From Octopus sinensis (taxonomy: Eukaryota): DNA of 64,000 bases. The notes under the pieces were generated by a model. That model was not told where the DNA came from. It was given only the letters and a program-made list of their open reading frames with translations, and made no database searches. The DNA lies in the NCBI RefSeq assembly GCF_006345805.1, contig NC_043012.1, forward strand, positions 34,720,001 through 34,784,000, read 5' to 3'. Positions 1-12,870 of the stretch are shown here, piece after piece. The position numbers and the translations under genes were made by a program. The first letter of the stretch is position 1; every line of letters starts with the position of its first letter.

Positions 1-11
1 ATTTCCCCAAG

Positions 12-92
12 ATTCCTGATGAAGGCTGGAGGGTATATCAGCCGAAATGTTGTGTTAACAACAAACAAGATGAGGAGAAATATCCGTCGAAT
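12..92 (+). ncRNA. Hammerhead-ribozyme-like motif (type I) in a Penelope-like terminal repeat
   Basis: CTGATGA (16-22), extra A, stem II GGCTG/CAGCC (24-28/39-43), GAAA (44-47). Candidate GTC triplet at 86-88 is followed by GAAT, which pairs with ATTC (12-15). Stem III is weak (3 bp around a long insert). Confidence 0.5.
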
Positions 93-429
93 GTAAATAA
101 TGTACATAATTCCTCTTCTCTTCAATATAGAACTGTAATGACTCATACGCATCGACATACAAACCTAACACACAATAACTACATTATATTAACGAATAGC
201 ATCCCTGCACACATCCAAATATCACAACATGCATACATCTTTAAAATATATACACCAAAAGGAGTAGGAGACATCAGGAGAGATATATAAACAAAAGACT
301 ATATCAAGAACTGCTTGTGGAAACACCCACAACCATTCAGAGGGGAGCCATGAACTTGAATAAATTTAGTTTCGATAATTTCAGTCATGATTAGACATTC
401 GAGTTTCTTTAGAATAGCAGTTTCACATA

Positions 430-660
430 ATACTTTAAACGATGAAATATAGGATATATTTAATTTTCAAGCTATTAACTATGTGTGTGGCCTGGCTTAC
501 ATATACAAAAAAGATAATTTAGATCAATGAGAGGGTAGCTTAGTACAGTTTCAATATCGGTGAGAGGTACTGGATATGCTTCAGTAGAGAACCGCCTGCA
601 ATAAGACCAAAAGAAATTTAGCTTTGATTGCTCATTTAAAACCAATCAAAGGATAATGAA
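430..660 (+). mobile_element. Possible heavily degraded Penelope-like RT fragment
   Basis: Reads YVCGLAYIYKKDN and later LIAHLKPI, loosely resembling PLE RT YGLPKIHK...LRPI. Many stops. Lies downstream of the hammerhead-like repeat. Confidence 0.25.
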
Positions 661-749
661 TTAAACCGATTTTCCTTTATTCTGAATAACTTTAGTGGTC
701 ACAGTCTATAAATATTAGTGGAGATCTGAAAATAAAAAGAACAGTGAGT

Positions 750-782
<33 letters not shown>

Positions 783-795
783 ACACACACACACA

Positions 796-843
<48 letters not shown>

Positions 844-950
844 GAATAGATAGATAGATAGATAGATAGATTCATACATACATACATACATACATACATA
901 CATACATAATGTATACATAATACACACACACACACACACACATATATATA
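750..950. repeat. Compound microsatellite (CA)n-(TA)n-(GATA)n-(CATA)n
   Basis: Directly visible. Confidence 0.95.
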
Positions 951-1463
951 CTAGCAGTATCGCCCGGCGTTGCTCGGGTTTGTAAGGGAAATAACTATAT
1001 AAGCATTTTTAGAGAGTTACTTCCCTTATAGATGCCAATTCGGGCTTTCTTAGCCATTTCTGTTTTGGTGTCTTCAAGCCATGAAGTCGTTGTTCTAAAA
1101 GAACGCTGGTCTCCTTGACAACGCTTTACGACGTTGATTTCCTTACACTCTCTTCCCCACAGCTTCACGAGGGAGGAAAGAAGGGGAAGAAGCAAACAGG
1201 TGCAGGTGTGACCATGGACGCCAACTCCGCCGCCATCGACATACGAAAAATTATGCATTAAAATGGAATAAAAAATGATGTTAAATTATTTTAAAAATCG
1301 TAGACTCATTGTAGACGCGCGCTAATACTCAGACGGGCTCGATATGAATCACGACTATAAGATACCCGAATTTGGTTAAACTGCACCGCAAAATGTGGGA
1401 GTAGTTAGGAATCTAAATCGAAGGGGGGAGACACTCACACAACTACAGTTTTATATATATAGA
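951..1463 (-). mobile_element. Non-autonomous Helitron, family H1
   Basis: Minus strand begins A|TCTATATATATAAAA and ends with hairpin CCCG-agcaacgc-CGGG then CGATACTGCTAG|T: 5' TC, 3' CTAG, AT target. Same ends at 45602-46000 and 41864-42254. Confidence 0.8.
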
Positions 1464-2084
1464 TATACATTTTGTGTGTGTTGATAAGTGTTTGTGGCAA
1501 GCTCTTAGTTTCTGCTCGAATCTGTTACAATTATTCTTCTCAAGCCATTTCGGAAAGAATGAATGTCATGGTTCCCATTCCTGTGTGACCAACGGATCAG
1601 TATAAACATTTTTGCCGTTAATACATGACATATTTGGTCAGAGATTGTAGTGAATTCATCGCAGGTAATCACAACACCTGTAAATTCATCGCATAGCCAG
1701 TCAATGCATTATTCTCAATAAACTCAGATAGTCATACCACATGCATAGTCAATAAATTTTATTCTTCGTTGTACATTTTATCCACAGAGAAAATGAAGAG
1801 AATTTTCTTATTCGCCACAATAAACAAAGGATTCAAATACCAAAAATAACACCCAAACATTTGGAATATTGTTTGAATTAAATCTTCAAAAAGTAGCAAT
1901 CAAGAAACGAATTAATAATCGCACATTGTGTCGCTGTTGCCAAAACTTCACATCGCAAAAAGTAGCATTGGTTTCAATTGTTGGCATAAGGTTAGCAATA
2001 TCTCTTGCACAAAAAAGGTGTTAAATCTATTACATCCACCTCAATGTTCAACTGGCACTTATTTTAATGATTCGTAAAAAATAG

Positions 2085-2365
2085 AAAGTAAAGTCGACCT
2101 CGGCGGAATTTGAACTCAGAACGTAAGGACGGACGAAATACCTATTTCTTTACTACCCACAAGGGGCTGAACACAGAAGGGACAAACAAGGACAGACAAA
2201 CGGATTAAGTCGATTAGATCGACCCCACAATGCTCGAAATTTTGGGGGAGAGGGCCAGTCGATTAGATCGACCCCAGTATGCAACTGGTACTTAATTTAT
2301 CGACCTCGAAAGGATGAAATGCAAAGTCGACCTCGGTGGAATTTGAACTCAGAATATAAAGACAT
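2085..2365 (-). mobile_element. tRNA-derived SINE family A, chimeric multimer
   Basis: Repeated GTCGACCTCGGCGGAATTTGAACTCAGAAC core (B-box-like GAGTTCAAATTCC on minus); both tail types present. Confidence 0.8.
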
Positions 2366-2408
2366 TATTATTATTATAATTATTATTATTATTATTATTA
2401 TTATTATT

Positions 2409-2830
2409 GTTAAGGCGGAGAGTTTACAGATTCGTTACCGCACTGAACAAAATGCCTAGCGGCATTTATTCCGTCTATACGTTCTGAGTTCAAATTCTAC
2501 TGAGGCCAACTTTGCCTTTACACTTCTAGGATCGATAAAATAAGTACCAGGTGAGTACCAAGGTCGATGTAATCGAATTATCCCCTCCCGAAAACGCTGG
2601 CCTTGTGCTAAAACTTGAAACCAGTTTTCATTATTATTAAAGCTGGAAGTTAGCATACAAAATGCTTGGGGGTATATTTTCCAGCTCTTTACGTTCTGAA
2701 TTCAAAGACCCCGAAGTCGACGTTGCCTTTCATACTTTCTCGGTCGATAAAATAAAGTACCAGTTAGGTAGTCGAACCGATATAATTTATTTGCCCTTCT
2801 CCTCAAAATTTCTGACCTTGTGCCAGAAAG
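2409..2830 (+). mobile_element. Two degraded SINE family A copies
   Basis: AAGGCGG(C)GAG..., GTTCTGAGTTCAAATTC, TTTGCCTTTCA, TCGATAAAATAAGTACCAG blocks occur twice. Confidence 0.65.
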
Positions 2831-3163
2831 AATTAAATTAGTCGAAAGACTCTTTACTTTTTCTATCACATTTGCCTTTCATCCGTTCTTGTTCGATGAA
2901 ATGAAATCTCGTAAAATCAGAAATTGTTATATATATTTTTTATGCATTCTTTCCGTTTTATCATACTCACTGATGTCGCTAGAGTGAGCCGTTAATCATA
3001 TCAAGACTGATAAAAAAATTTAGGAGGAGGAAGAGAAGGAGAGGGAGTTGGAGATATAATAAGGAATGGCTTTACGTCAGACATGAACACTTGACCCCCA
3101 GCTTTTCAGGACAACTTCTATTTTATCAAAGCCCCTTTAAGATTTGCAAATTGAAAATACACT

Positions 3164-3199
<36 letters not shown>

Positions 3200-3647
3200 G
3201 AAATTTATGTACAATAAATTGGTTATACTTCTACAAGACACAGAGGGTATCATCATGGACTGCTTCCTCATGAAGTGCTTCTTCGTGGCCTATTTCTGGG
3301 CTAGACTGCTCGTTACTTTTCCAGTTCCAGTCTTCCTGGAGATTGGGGCTGAGCCACTCTGAATAGTTCAAAATGATCCATCAGCCCCGTGCCTCACAGC
3401 CTTATTCAACGAAGTGGACTTGCCTCTTCAGTTTCTAAGCTACAGGTTTTATCATCCTTTTCAGATCAGCCTTTGCTCTTGCTTTTACTTTGATGGTATA
3501 GACACCATGATGGTAACATTTTTGCATACGCTGACCCGGACCTCTCGAGTCCCATTTTTGAGAGGAAAGTTTTTCAATTGTTCCCACTTCTATAACAATG
3601 GCTAGAGAACCAGCTGGTACAGAGGAAGCGAGAAGGAGCAATTTGTC

Positions 3648-3966
3648 GGATCAAGTATTCAATGATGGATCAAGTATTCAATGATGGATCAAGTATTCAA
3701 TGATGGATCAAGTATTCAATGATGGATCGAGTATTCAATGATGGATCAAGTATTCAATGATGGATCAAGTATTCAATGATGGATCAAGTATTCAATGATG
3801 GATCAAGTATTCAATGATAGATCAAGTATTCAATGATGGATCAAGTATTCAATGATGGATCAAGTATTCAATGATAGATCAAGTATTCAATGATGGATCA
3901 AGTATTCAATGATGGATCAAGTATTCAATGATGGATCAAGTATTCAATGATGGATCAAGTATTCAA
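3648..3966. repeat. 19-bp minisatellite (GGATCAAGTATTCAATGAT) x ~17
   Basis: Head-to-tail, near-perfect, about three substitutions, no spacers. Confidence 0.97.
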
Positions 3967-4170
3967 GAGGCAGCCATTTCCTTTTGCCATCAAGCAAATG
4001 CTGTGTATTGAAGCGATTTAATCTCCGAATACAGATGCAAACCCAGTCGCTTTCAGTATGGTTTCCAGCAATAAAAGCCGATACTAGGCGAGAAATAGCA
4101 ATAAAACCAGCTTTATTGCTAACTTTCTCATGGCGTGAAAGCTATCCTTTGTATTATTTATGTATGTATG

Positions 4171-4261
<91 letters not shown>

Positions 4262-4650
4262 GTAAAAAAATATATGCAAACTGGGACAAGAACGTGAAAC
4301 ACCTAGAAGACGACACAAGAAACACAGGACGGGACATTCGAAGCCCTCAATCATCAGTCAAGAACAGGATCATCTTCGCAATTTCGGCTGATTAATCTTG
4401 AGATTGCTCCGATCTGGGCAGCCCCCAAGGGAAATCTAAGCCAAGCGCATTAGATCCCTTGGAAGAAAGCCTCGAATGTATACAACACAAGGACGGAAAA
4501 CGGACGATGTACACGAATAAAAATACAAAAATACGTAAAAACAATAAGGAAAGCACGAATAAGAATACAAAAATACGTAAAAACAATAATGGTAAGGATA
4601 AAAACAAAACCAGGACGTCAGGACAAGGGTCTTTCGACAGGACGAGTTGA
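4262..4650 (-). mobile_element. Short interspersed element, family D (microsatellite-embedded)
   Basis: Reverse complement matches 11540-11785 (GCGCTT...GGAGCAATCTCAAGATTAATCAGCCGAAAT...GATGATCC.GTTCTTGACTGA.GATT). Contains an internal 42-bp tandem duplication from 4512. Confidence 0.7.
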
Positions 4651-4658
4651 GTTTGGGG

Positions 4659-4713
<55 letters not shown>

Positions 4714-5172
4714 TATATATATATTCCCGGTTTTTGCCTCAGTACTTTTTTCTATTGAATATTTTTTGCATATGACTACTAACATGGATAAATTCCTGTC
4801 GTCGAGGTCTATAATACAAGCTAAAATAAAATATAGATTTATTTAAAGCAAAAAATATTTGGACTCAAAAGTCGATTTCAGGCGTTATTCTCCCGTTTGT
4901 GACCTCACATATTTGACTCAACTGTTTTTTCTACTGAACCAATTTCTCAATTTGTTTTAGCACAAAATGTAGCTTCTGATGTGAGCAATCTAAAAATGAA
5001 AACATAATCTAATTCGGTTAAAAACTGAGTTAGTGGCAAAGCCTAGAAATGGTCGTAAGTGAGTGAATGTTGACCTTAAGAATATTATTACACATGTATG
5101 TATATATAATGATTACACATGTATGTACATATGTGAGTATATGCATGTGAGCACACACACACACACACATTG

Positions 5173-5201
5173 AATTAAATACTAAGTAATTTACGTAAAG
5201 T

Positions 5202-5241
<40 letters not shown>

Positions 5242-5244
5242 TAT

Positions 5245-5295
<51 letters not shown>

Positions 5296-5337
5296 TAGAT
5301 AGATATAATTTTACGTAAGTTACTTAATTTTTAATTT
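5173..5337. mobile_element. Small inverted-repeat (MITE-like) element enclosing (TA)n
   Basis: AATTAAATACTAAGTAATTTACGTAAAGTTATAT is an imperfect ~33-bp inverted repeat of ATATAATTTTACGTAAGTTACTTAATTTTTAATT. Confidence 0.55.
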
Positions 5338-5729
5338 ATGATAAATCCTTTTGCAAGAGGGAAACACAAAATGCAAAACAGAAGGAACAAAACGATATCA
5401 ATAAACACATACATAATAAAAGAAACATACATAAACACATACATAATAAAAGAAACATACACATAGACGAGCGCGCACGCACACATACATACAGTTGCGC
5501 GCATGCGCAGTAGACGTTTTCTCGTTGCAAATTAACGACGTAGTGTAGAAAGTCTAATATATCACTCGTAAACCACACTGACCTAGATAAACAAAAACAA
5601 AAAAAAAATGCTTTTCAATTTCAAGTTTGTTTTTTATTTATTTCCTTTCATTTGTTAATTTATTTATTTTTGAATAAATGTTGTGCTAAATGGTTTCGTT
5701 CTAGCATTCTGAGTTCGAATTCACTGTTT

Positions 5730-6144
5730 GGATCTTTTCGGTTTGAACTGCAGTTTTTACTAGCGGTGTTATATGAAATTGTCACCCATAATTATGACCC
5801 TAGTATCGATCTATTGCATTTCAATCCATTTTAGGGTTAGGGTTAGTTAGGGTTAGGGGTGGGGGAGGGTATCTTTTTTTCTTCAGAAATGTAAATAAAC
5901 CCAATCTGTTTCTTAAACGAGGGACATATTCATACGGCACGGAATGTTTTCACCTCAATAGACGTCATTGATTGGTTGACATTGCAGAAATTGAAGAAAA
6001 AAATAACAACAAATATCTTACAAACTATAGAATTTTCTCAATAAAGCCAAGAGAAAAAGATGTTTTATAAACACCATCTACCAGTATACGAAGTTTAAAA
6101 TTTTTTAGTTACGTGGAAATTATTTTAAAAAACCGAAAAGATCC
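5730..6144. mobile_element. MITE-like element with 15-bp TIRs carrying TTAGGG repeats
   Basis: GGATCTTTTCGGTTT (5730-5744) and AAACCGAAAAGATCC (6130-6144) are perfect inverted repeats; TTAGGG units at ~5832-5858. Related pieces at 9943-10180, 19828-20062, 39038-39272 and 39440-39655. Confidence 0.75.
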
Positions 6145-6779
6145 CAAAACTCCGATTGCGTAGACTTACGATCGAAGGTGTTTCAAACCTGAACTTATTC
6201 CCCGCTTTTTATGATGTAGTGTATCTAAACTACAACATCAATTGCATCTTTCTTTTGAATTTTCTAGCTGGTGTGGAGTTATTTGCCGACGTTTCTTCCT
6301 AGAAATGTCAGCCAAGTCACACGGCACCGTCTTGAAGAAGAAACAAATATTTCATGAAACACTTTCTCTGTCAGGGACAAAGAAATCAGAAGAACTTTTG
6401 TAAAGGAGACGGACTTTGTCTCCAAAGTGCTCATGCTTATACTGGAGCCCCATGACCCTTTACAGGCTCTCCTATGATGGAAGAGGAAAAGAAGGGGTCA
6501 CCTCAGCCCAAATATTTTCAACTGAGTGGACTAAATTAAGGACACCTAAGTACCAGTTAGTAGTACTAAACTAGAAGATGGATGAAGGCTGAGGCGAGAT
6601 CTGAACGTAAGACCCCGGAATAGATATCGCAAGACATTTCGTCCACTGGGTTAATGACTGCCAAATTTAATAAAATGTCGACTTATTTTGGTCTCTGACG
6701 TGATACGACGTCCGCGATTATAAAAGTAACCAAGTTAAGATGTTAAATAACTATGTTTCTACATATTGATTTCAAATTT

Positions 6780-7520
6780 TTGTAGAAGGCCAGCAAGTTC
6801 AGGGGAAGGGCATAGTCAATTACATCGACCCCAGTATTCAATAAGTACTTAGTTTACCGAGCCTGAAAGGTTGAAAGGCAAAACCGACCTCGACGGAATT
6901 TGAACGCAGGACGTAAAGACGGGCGAAATACCGCTAAGCATTCTGCCCAGCGTGCTAACGATTCTTTTCTACTCTAGGCACAAGGATCGAAATTTTGGGG
7001 GAGGGAGCCATTCGATTAGATTACGCAACTGGTACTTAATTTATCGACCCCGGAAGGATGAAAGGCAAACTCGACCTCGGCGGAATTTGAACTCACGATT
7101 AAAGACAGATGAAATACCTATTTTTTTAATACCCACAAGGCTAAACACAGAGAGGACAAACAAGGACAGATAAAGGGATTAAGTCGATTATATCGACCCC
7201 AGTGCGTAACTGGTACTTATTTAATCGACCACGAAAGGATGGAAGGCAAAGTCGACCTCGGCGGAATTTGATCTCAGAACATAACGGCAGACGAAATACC
7301 TATTTCTTTACTACCCCCAAGGGGCTAAACACAGAGAGGACAAACAAGGACAGACAAAGGGATTAAGTCGATTACATCGACCCCCAGTGCGTAACTGGTA
7401 CTTAATTTATCGACCCCCGAAAGGATGAAAGGCAAAGTCGAACTCAGAACGTAACGGCAGACGAAATACGGCTACGCATTTCGCCCGGTGTGCTAGCGAT
7501 TCTACCAGCTCGCCGCCTTA
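6780..7520 (-). mobile_element. SINE family A: one degraded copy plus a three-unit concatemer (6958-7520)
   Basis: Full tRNA-like head at ~7520, followed on minus by headless units joined at AAAGAAAT|AGGTATTTC. Confidence 0.85.
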
Positions 7521-8944
7521 TATGTTTCTCTATATTTACAAAAATAATAACGGCCATAGAATACTAATGATCATCATTTTACTTCATTAGAGTCGCATAT
7601 CCAATAAAGCTATTTAACAGACGATGAGAACGTTTATAAAGATAAGCTGAAAACAATAAAACGTTGCATTAAGATTTTTGCTATTCTTCATCTTTATATT
7701 GGAAAGAAAAAACAATGACCATCCCGAAACATAGCAACATCTTTATATTCTTATCTTCATATGGTTACTCGTGTATGTGGTTATTTCCACTTTAGATAAT
7801 AGTCTGTTTCTATTTTTATCTGCTTGTTTCGCTTTTATTTCCGCAAAAAAAAAAAGGAAAAGAAATGGAGAATTTTCTGCCATTATTTTCATTTCTCATT
7901 TCCTTTCATTCCATATTTCCGTTTTACCCCTGCCTTCTATGTTCTCATTCACCTCCATTGTTAAAAAAACTGCTGCCTTTAAAAGCTCCTGAAAAAGTAT
8001 TCGTTGTAATCGGCACCCAGCTTAGTGTAAACGCTGTGTAATCGGCACCCGGTTTAGTGGGAAATGAACATACACAATAACCAAATAAATTAATTAATTC
8101 TCTGAAGGCTGTTTGCAATGGCTTCTGGGAAATATAAACTGGTTCCTTTTGCGTCGAATATTCACACATATATATCAACAGCATCAATTTATTATATCGT
8201 TTTAGGGCTTACTTAGCACTATATTCCATTTTAAGACTCGGGTTTCTTTGCTAATATTCTAGAACAAGGAATTAGTGAAATAAGTTACGAAAACTTAGAA
8301 AAAAATAAAGTGAAATGGGAAACAACGACAAAAAGCAATAAAAAGGAAAGAAAGATTAATTAATTTAAAATGTCAAGAAAAGTGAACGATGTTTTAAACA
8401 CCATTTCGAAAATAATTCCTTTTCACTTGAGAAATTTTCAATTGGTATACCAAGAAAAAATTAATAATAAAGCATTCCAGTTAAGAAAAAATATAACAGA
8501 TATAAAAATGTCTTAGCTGAATATACATTTCCGAAAGAATTGATATATTTTCTGGAAGTAATTAAAATAAAGCTAAGAACGTAGCTTGTATATCAACAGG
8601 TATATTGAAAAGTAAAAAAAAAAAAAAAGATCAAGTTTGATTGCCATCTCATAAAATTTAATGAAAGTAAGTTTTTGATGAAACGATAAACACAGCCTAA
8701 ACTTTATTTCTTGATGCTATTTACTTGAATTGCTGGAAAACTTACCTCGTCACCATTTTTAGTCATTCTTCGAAATTCAGAAAAGATTCTTTTTTCGCCC
8801 CCCCCCCCGCTTTGAAAGCGCTGGTCATTGAGTCAACTATATAACGAATAGCTTGTCAAGAAGTCATCAGTTCATATCTATTTCTTTACTACCCACAAGG
8901 GGCTAAACACAGAGGGGACAAACAAGGATAGACAAAGGGATTCA

Positions 8945-9400
8945 TATCCTGACACCGGTTTTGCAGTGTGTCTATGACCAGCTTTTAGTGAGATTAACTC
9001 TGTTGCTTACATCGGAGATTGGCGGAGAAGAACCGCCAATTTCCGACTTCGCCTACCCCTGCGGCCCCTTCCATCTGTCCTTCTGCAACGGCGCTTGCAG
9101 TGGTTTGGCCATGCATGTAGGCGTCCGGTGGGTGAACTGAGCCGTGATGTCCTTCTCCCAACTCCACTTCCCAACTGGCGGAAACGCGCGGAGGGCAGCT
9201 GAAGACCTGGGCTACGACGATCAAGAAGTACCTCACCGTGCTCACGGGTCCGCAGATGGAACCGTGACTGGCTCGCTATCTCCAGTGAACTGGCGCAGGG
9301 CCGTCGTGCGGGGCTGCCGTGGTTCGAGATGCCTCGAGGGCGGTAGAAGAAGCCGACTCAACCCGCCCAGGTTGAATGTCGGCACAAGTACAAGTAAGTG
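8945..9400 (+). mobile_element. RTE-clade LINE 3' fragment (SR2/Perere-like)
   Basis: Frameshifted translation RLQWFGHACRRPVGELSRDVLLPTPLPNWRKRA-GGQLKTWATTIK...RWNRDWLAISSELAQGRRA...STRPG*, ending in a CAAGTACAAGTAAGT tail. Confidence 0.8.
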
Positions 9401-9942
9401 TTGCTAACATCCCGACCAAGCCTCCAGCATGAAAAGGACTGGATAACTTTATGCGCCACTTCCTACAGTGCAGTGCCCTCGTTTGTTAGAAGCGGTTCTT
9501 CAGTAAAGGCCCACTCTAAATACAACAGGTATACGTCCCTATAAGTAGCGCATCAAGTGGTCCACATTTAATCACTGACATCTACCAGGATTAGCTACTT
9601 ACAGTAATCAAAGTACTGGTTAGCAGAAATCTATGGGTCATGGTTTCTTCCTCCTTTCTTTTTTATCCCACAAGTCTTGGAGTTGCAACAAATGTCATGG
9701 GTGGTGCTGCTCTTTATTTGACTAAGTCTTGAAAAGGTACATTTCACTTTCAAATTTCAAACTGCTCAAACTAACAAGCTATAAATTGATATCAAGTAGA
9801 GAGATTTTCATTTCGTATTCCGTCGCCAATTGGGAGGTATTACACCCGAGACCATGACACTTGGCTCTCAACCGCTTAATCTACTAATCTGTAAGCAGGT
9901 TCCTTAGAAAGGCATTATTCACCTCTCTAAGCCGAAATTATT

Positions 9943-10180
9943 GTTGTTGACAAAATACGGCAGATATTGAATTCACCTCAATAGATGTCATTGATTGGTT
10001 GAAATTGCCGAAATGCAAGAAATTAAATAACAAATAGCTTACAAACTACAGAATTTTCTCAAGAAAGCCAAGAGAAAAAGATGTTTTATGTAACACATTC
10101 TACCAGTATACGGAGTTTAAAAGTGTTTAGTTACAAAGAAATCATTTTAAAAATCTGCCGTTCAAAGTGAAAAGATCCGA
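9943..10180. mobile_element. Partial copy of the TIR/TTAGGG MITE family
   Basis: Matches the right half of 5730-6144; ends in GTTCAAAGTGAAAAGATCCG. Confidence 0.75.
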
Positions 10181-10359
10181 AGAATCGTTTGACAATTAAT
10201 CAATGTTGCCTTATCTTGGAAATTTAAGTTCAAATCTTATTTCAAACGGACTCGCATAAGACAAAGTATTCCTGTTTGTCCCAACGAAAATATTTCCTCC
10301 TCTTATGTAAACACCTATGATTCACATCCAAGTTCTATGCCACCAAGGTCTGTTATATG

Positions 10360-10434
10360 TTCCACTAAGATCTATTCCACCGAGGTCAGTTCCACCGAGG
10401 TCAGTTCCACCGAGGTCAGTTCCACCGAGGTCTA
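10360..10434. repeat. 15-bp tandem repeat (TTCCACCGAGGTCAG) x ~5
   Basis: Directly visible. Confidence 0.9.
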
Positions 10435-10437
10435 TCC

Positions 10438-10848
10438 TATACTCTTTTACTCTTTTACTTGTTTCAGTCATTTGACTGCGGCCATGCTGGAGCATCGCCT
10501 TTAATCGAGCATCTCGACCCCGGGACTTATTCTTTGTAAGCCCAGTACTTATTCTATCGGTCCATTTTGCCGAACCGCTAAGTGACGGGGACATAAACAC
10601 ACCAGCATCGGTTGTCAAGCAATGCTAGGAGGACAAACACAGACACACAAACACACACACGCACATATATATATACATATATACGACGGGCTTCTTTCAG
10701 TTTCCGTCTACCAAATCCACTCACAAGGCTTCGGTCGGCCCGAGGCTATAGTAGAAGACACTTGCCCAAGGTGCCACGCAGTGGAACTGAACCCAGAACC
10801 ATGTGGCTGGTAAACAAGCTACTTACCACACAGCCACTCCTGCACCTA
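10438..10848 (-). mobile_element. tRNA-derived SINE family B
   Basis: Minus: GCAGGAGTGGCTGTGTGGTAAG (A box), GGTTCAGTTCC (B box), GCACCTTGGGCAAGTGTCTTCTAC core, AAAGAGTA tail. Multiple copies in the window. Confidence 0.85.
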
Positions 10849-11199
10849 TAACACTTTCAAAATTATATAAAACTGCTTACGTCACATATTTATATGGAGG
10901 TGGGTGGACGAAAGCATGTGATATATTTACGCCTTTCTTAGAGGCATTAAGCGTGTCACCTTATAAATGAAGCCGGTTCATAAACTCCCTTCGTCGGGTG
11001 CTTATTTACCTCTGACTTTACTGTATTTGTTGCACGGAGATATAATATTAACATTGTTGAAATACTCTCGTTCATTGTTGCTTTATTCACGCGCAATGCC
11101 TGCAGCGGGAGACAAAAACTTATGATCCCTTTGCCACAAATATTCGTAGCAGAGTATCACGTCTGCACACCGAATTTGCTTCTACTGCTGCTGCTGCTG

Positions 11200-11237
<38 letters not shown>

Positions 11238-11539
11238 GCTGCTGCTGCCACCGCTACCCCATCACCACTCTGTAATCACATACGTAGGTATTACATAATA
11301 CAACACGCATAACTGACTCACAGTCACATGAATACAGGTGTAAGAAATCTGTATATGAGTGAATTTCACAGTAACGTGTACTTTAGTGGAATTCCAACTC
11401 GAGAGAGAGAGAGAGATAAATAAATACATAACTATACATACTTACGCATATATACTTATACACACACACATATATATATATACATACATGCATACATATT
11501 TATGTATGCATGTATGTATATATTTGTATGTTATATTCG

Positions 11540-11785
11540 TGTAACATCGTCCGTTTTTCTGTCCTTGTTTCTTATACATACGAAGCTTTTTTTCCAAGGA
11601 ATCTAATGCGCTTAGCTTATTTTTTCCTTGGGGCTGGCCAGATTGGAGCAATCTCAAGATTAATCAGCCGAAATGGTGAGGATGATCCGGTTCTTGACTG
11701 ACGATTAAAGGCTTCGAATGACGCGTCCGTGTTTTTTTGTATCGTCTATTTGGATGTTTTGCGTTCTTGTACCAATTGTATTATA
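11540..11785 (+). mobile_element. Short interspersed element, family D
   Basis: Homologous to 4262-4650 in the opposite orientation; flanked by TA/CA microsatellites. Confidence 0.7.
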
Positions 11786-11997
11786 TATATATATGTATAT
11801 ATATATACATACATACACGTGTGTATATATAAATACACACTCACACACACATACACACTCACACACACACATACACACGCGCGCATATATGGTGAGAGAG
11901 GTATGTGATATTGGATCCGAAGAAAGAGGTAATGTTTATTATAAAAATTAATGTTTTTATAAGCAAATAATTTCCTTTTTCACATGATCTTATTTTA

Positions 11998-12165
<168 letters not shown>

Positions 12166-12589
12166 CCAATTCCGTCTCGATCTGATGGCGAAAAAATTAG
12201 AAAGTAACATATACACACACACTTGTGCGCATAGCTGTGTGGTCATGGCTTTACTTCTCAACCAAATAGTTTTGAGTTCAATCACACTGCGCAGCATCTT
12301 GGGTATTTTGTCGTGAACTATAGCCTCGGGCTTATCTAAGCCTTTTTAGTAAATTTGGTACGCGGAAGTTCATCATGTGTGTGTGCGTGTGTGTGTATCC
12401 GTGTGTGTATCCGTATGTGTGCACACGCGTGTGTTTCTGTGTGTGTGTGTACATCTACGCGCGCGCACTCGTGCATCATTGTGTAGGTTTACATCTCACC
12501 ATCTGTCAATCGGTATTAGTTTGGTTACATCCTCGTAATATAGCGGTTCGACACAAAGAAACCGCTAGAGTAAGTGCCAGACTTTGAAG

Positions 12590-12870
12590 TATAAGAACTG
12601 TGACTAAACTCCATCGAGACGATGTCTCGGGATGGCTGCCGTCCAATGACTGATTCAAGACATACAATACATATGTATGCATGTGTGGGATTTATGTATA
12701 TAAATGGTGTCAAGCCAGTGGGTTCTTGGTCGGCCTCTTCCTCTCTTGCCACTGACCATTCTGAGCATGATGTCCTTCTCCAGGGATTTTCTCCGCATAA
12801 TATGACCAAAATATGTCAATCTATGCTTGGTGATCCTAGCTTCTGGCGGCTGTATATTGGCCAAGATACT
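12590..12870 (-). mobile_element. RTE/BovB-like LINE 3' fragment
   Basis: KHRLTYFGHIMRRKSLEKDIMLRMVSGKRGRGRPRTHWLDTI, then ...RHRLDGV*. Confidence 0.8.

Noticed and set aside
1480-2060. Coding-like degraded sequence on the minus strand
   Set aside because: Many stops; could not be assigned to any family with confidence.
3648-3966. CRISPR-like array
   Set aside because: No spacers; a pure tandem repeat in eukaryotic DNA.
10820-10848. tRNA genes
   Set aside because: A and B boxes belong to SINE heads; no complete cloverleaf seen anywhere in the window.
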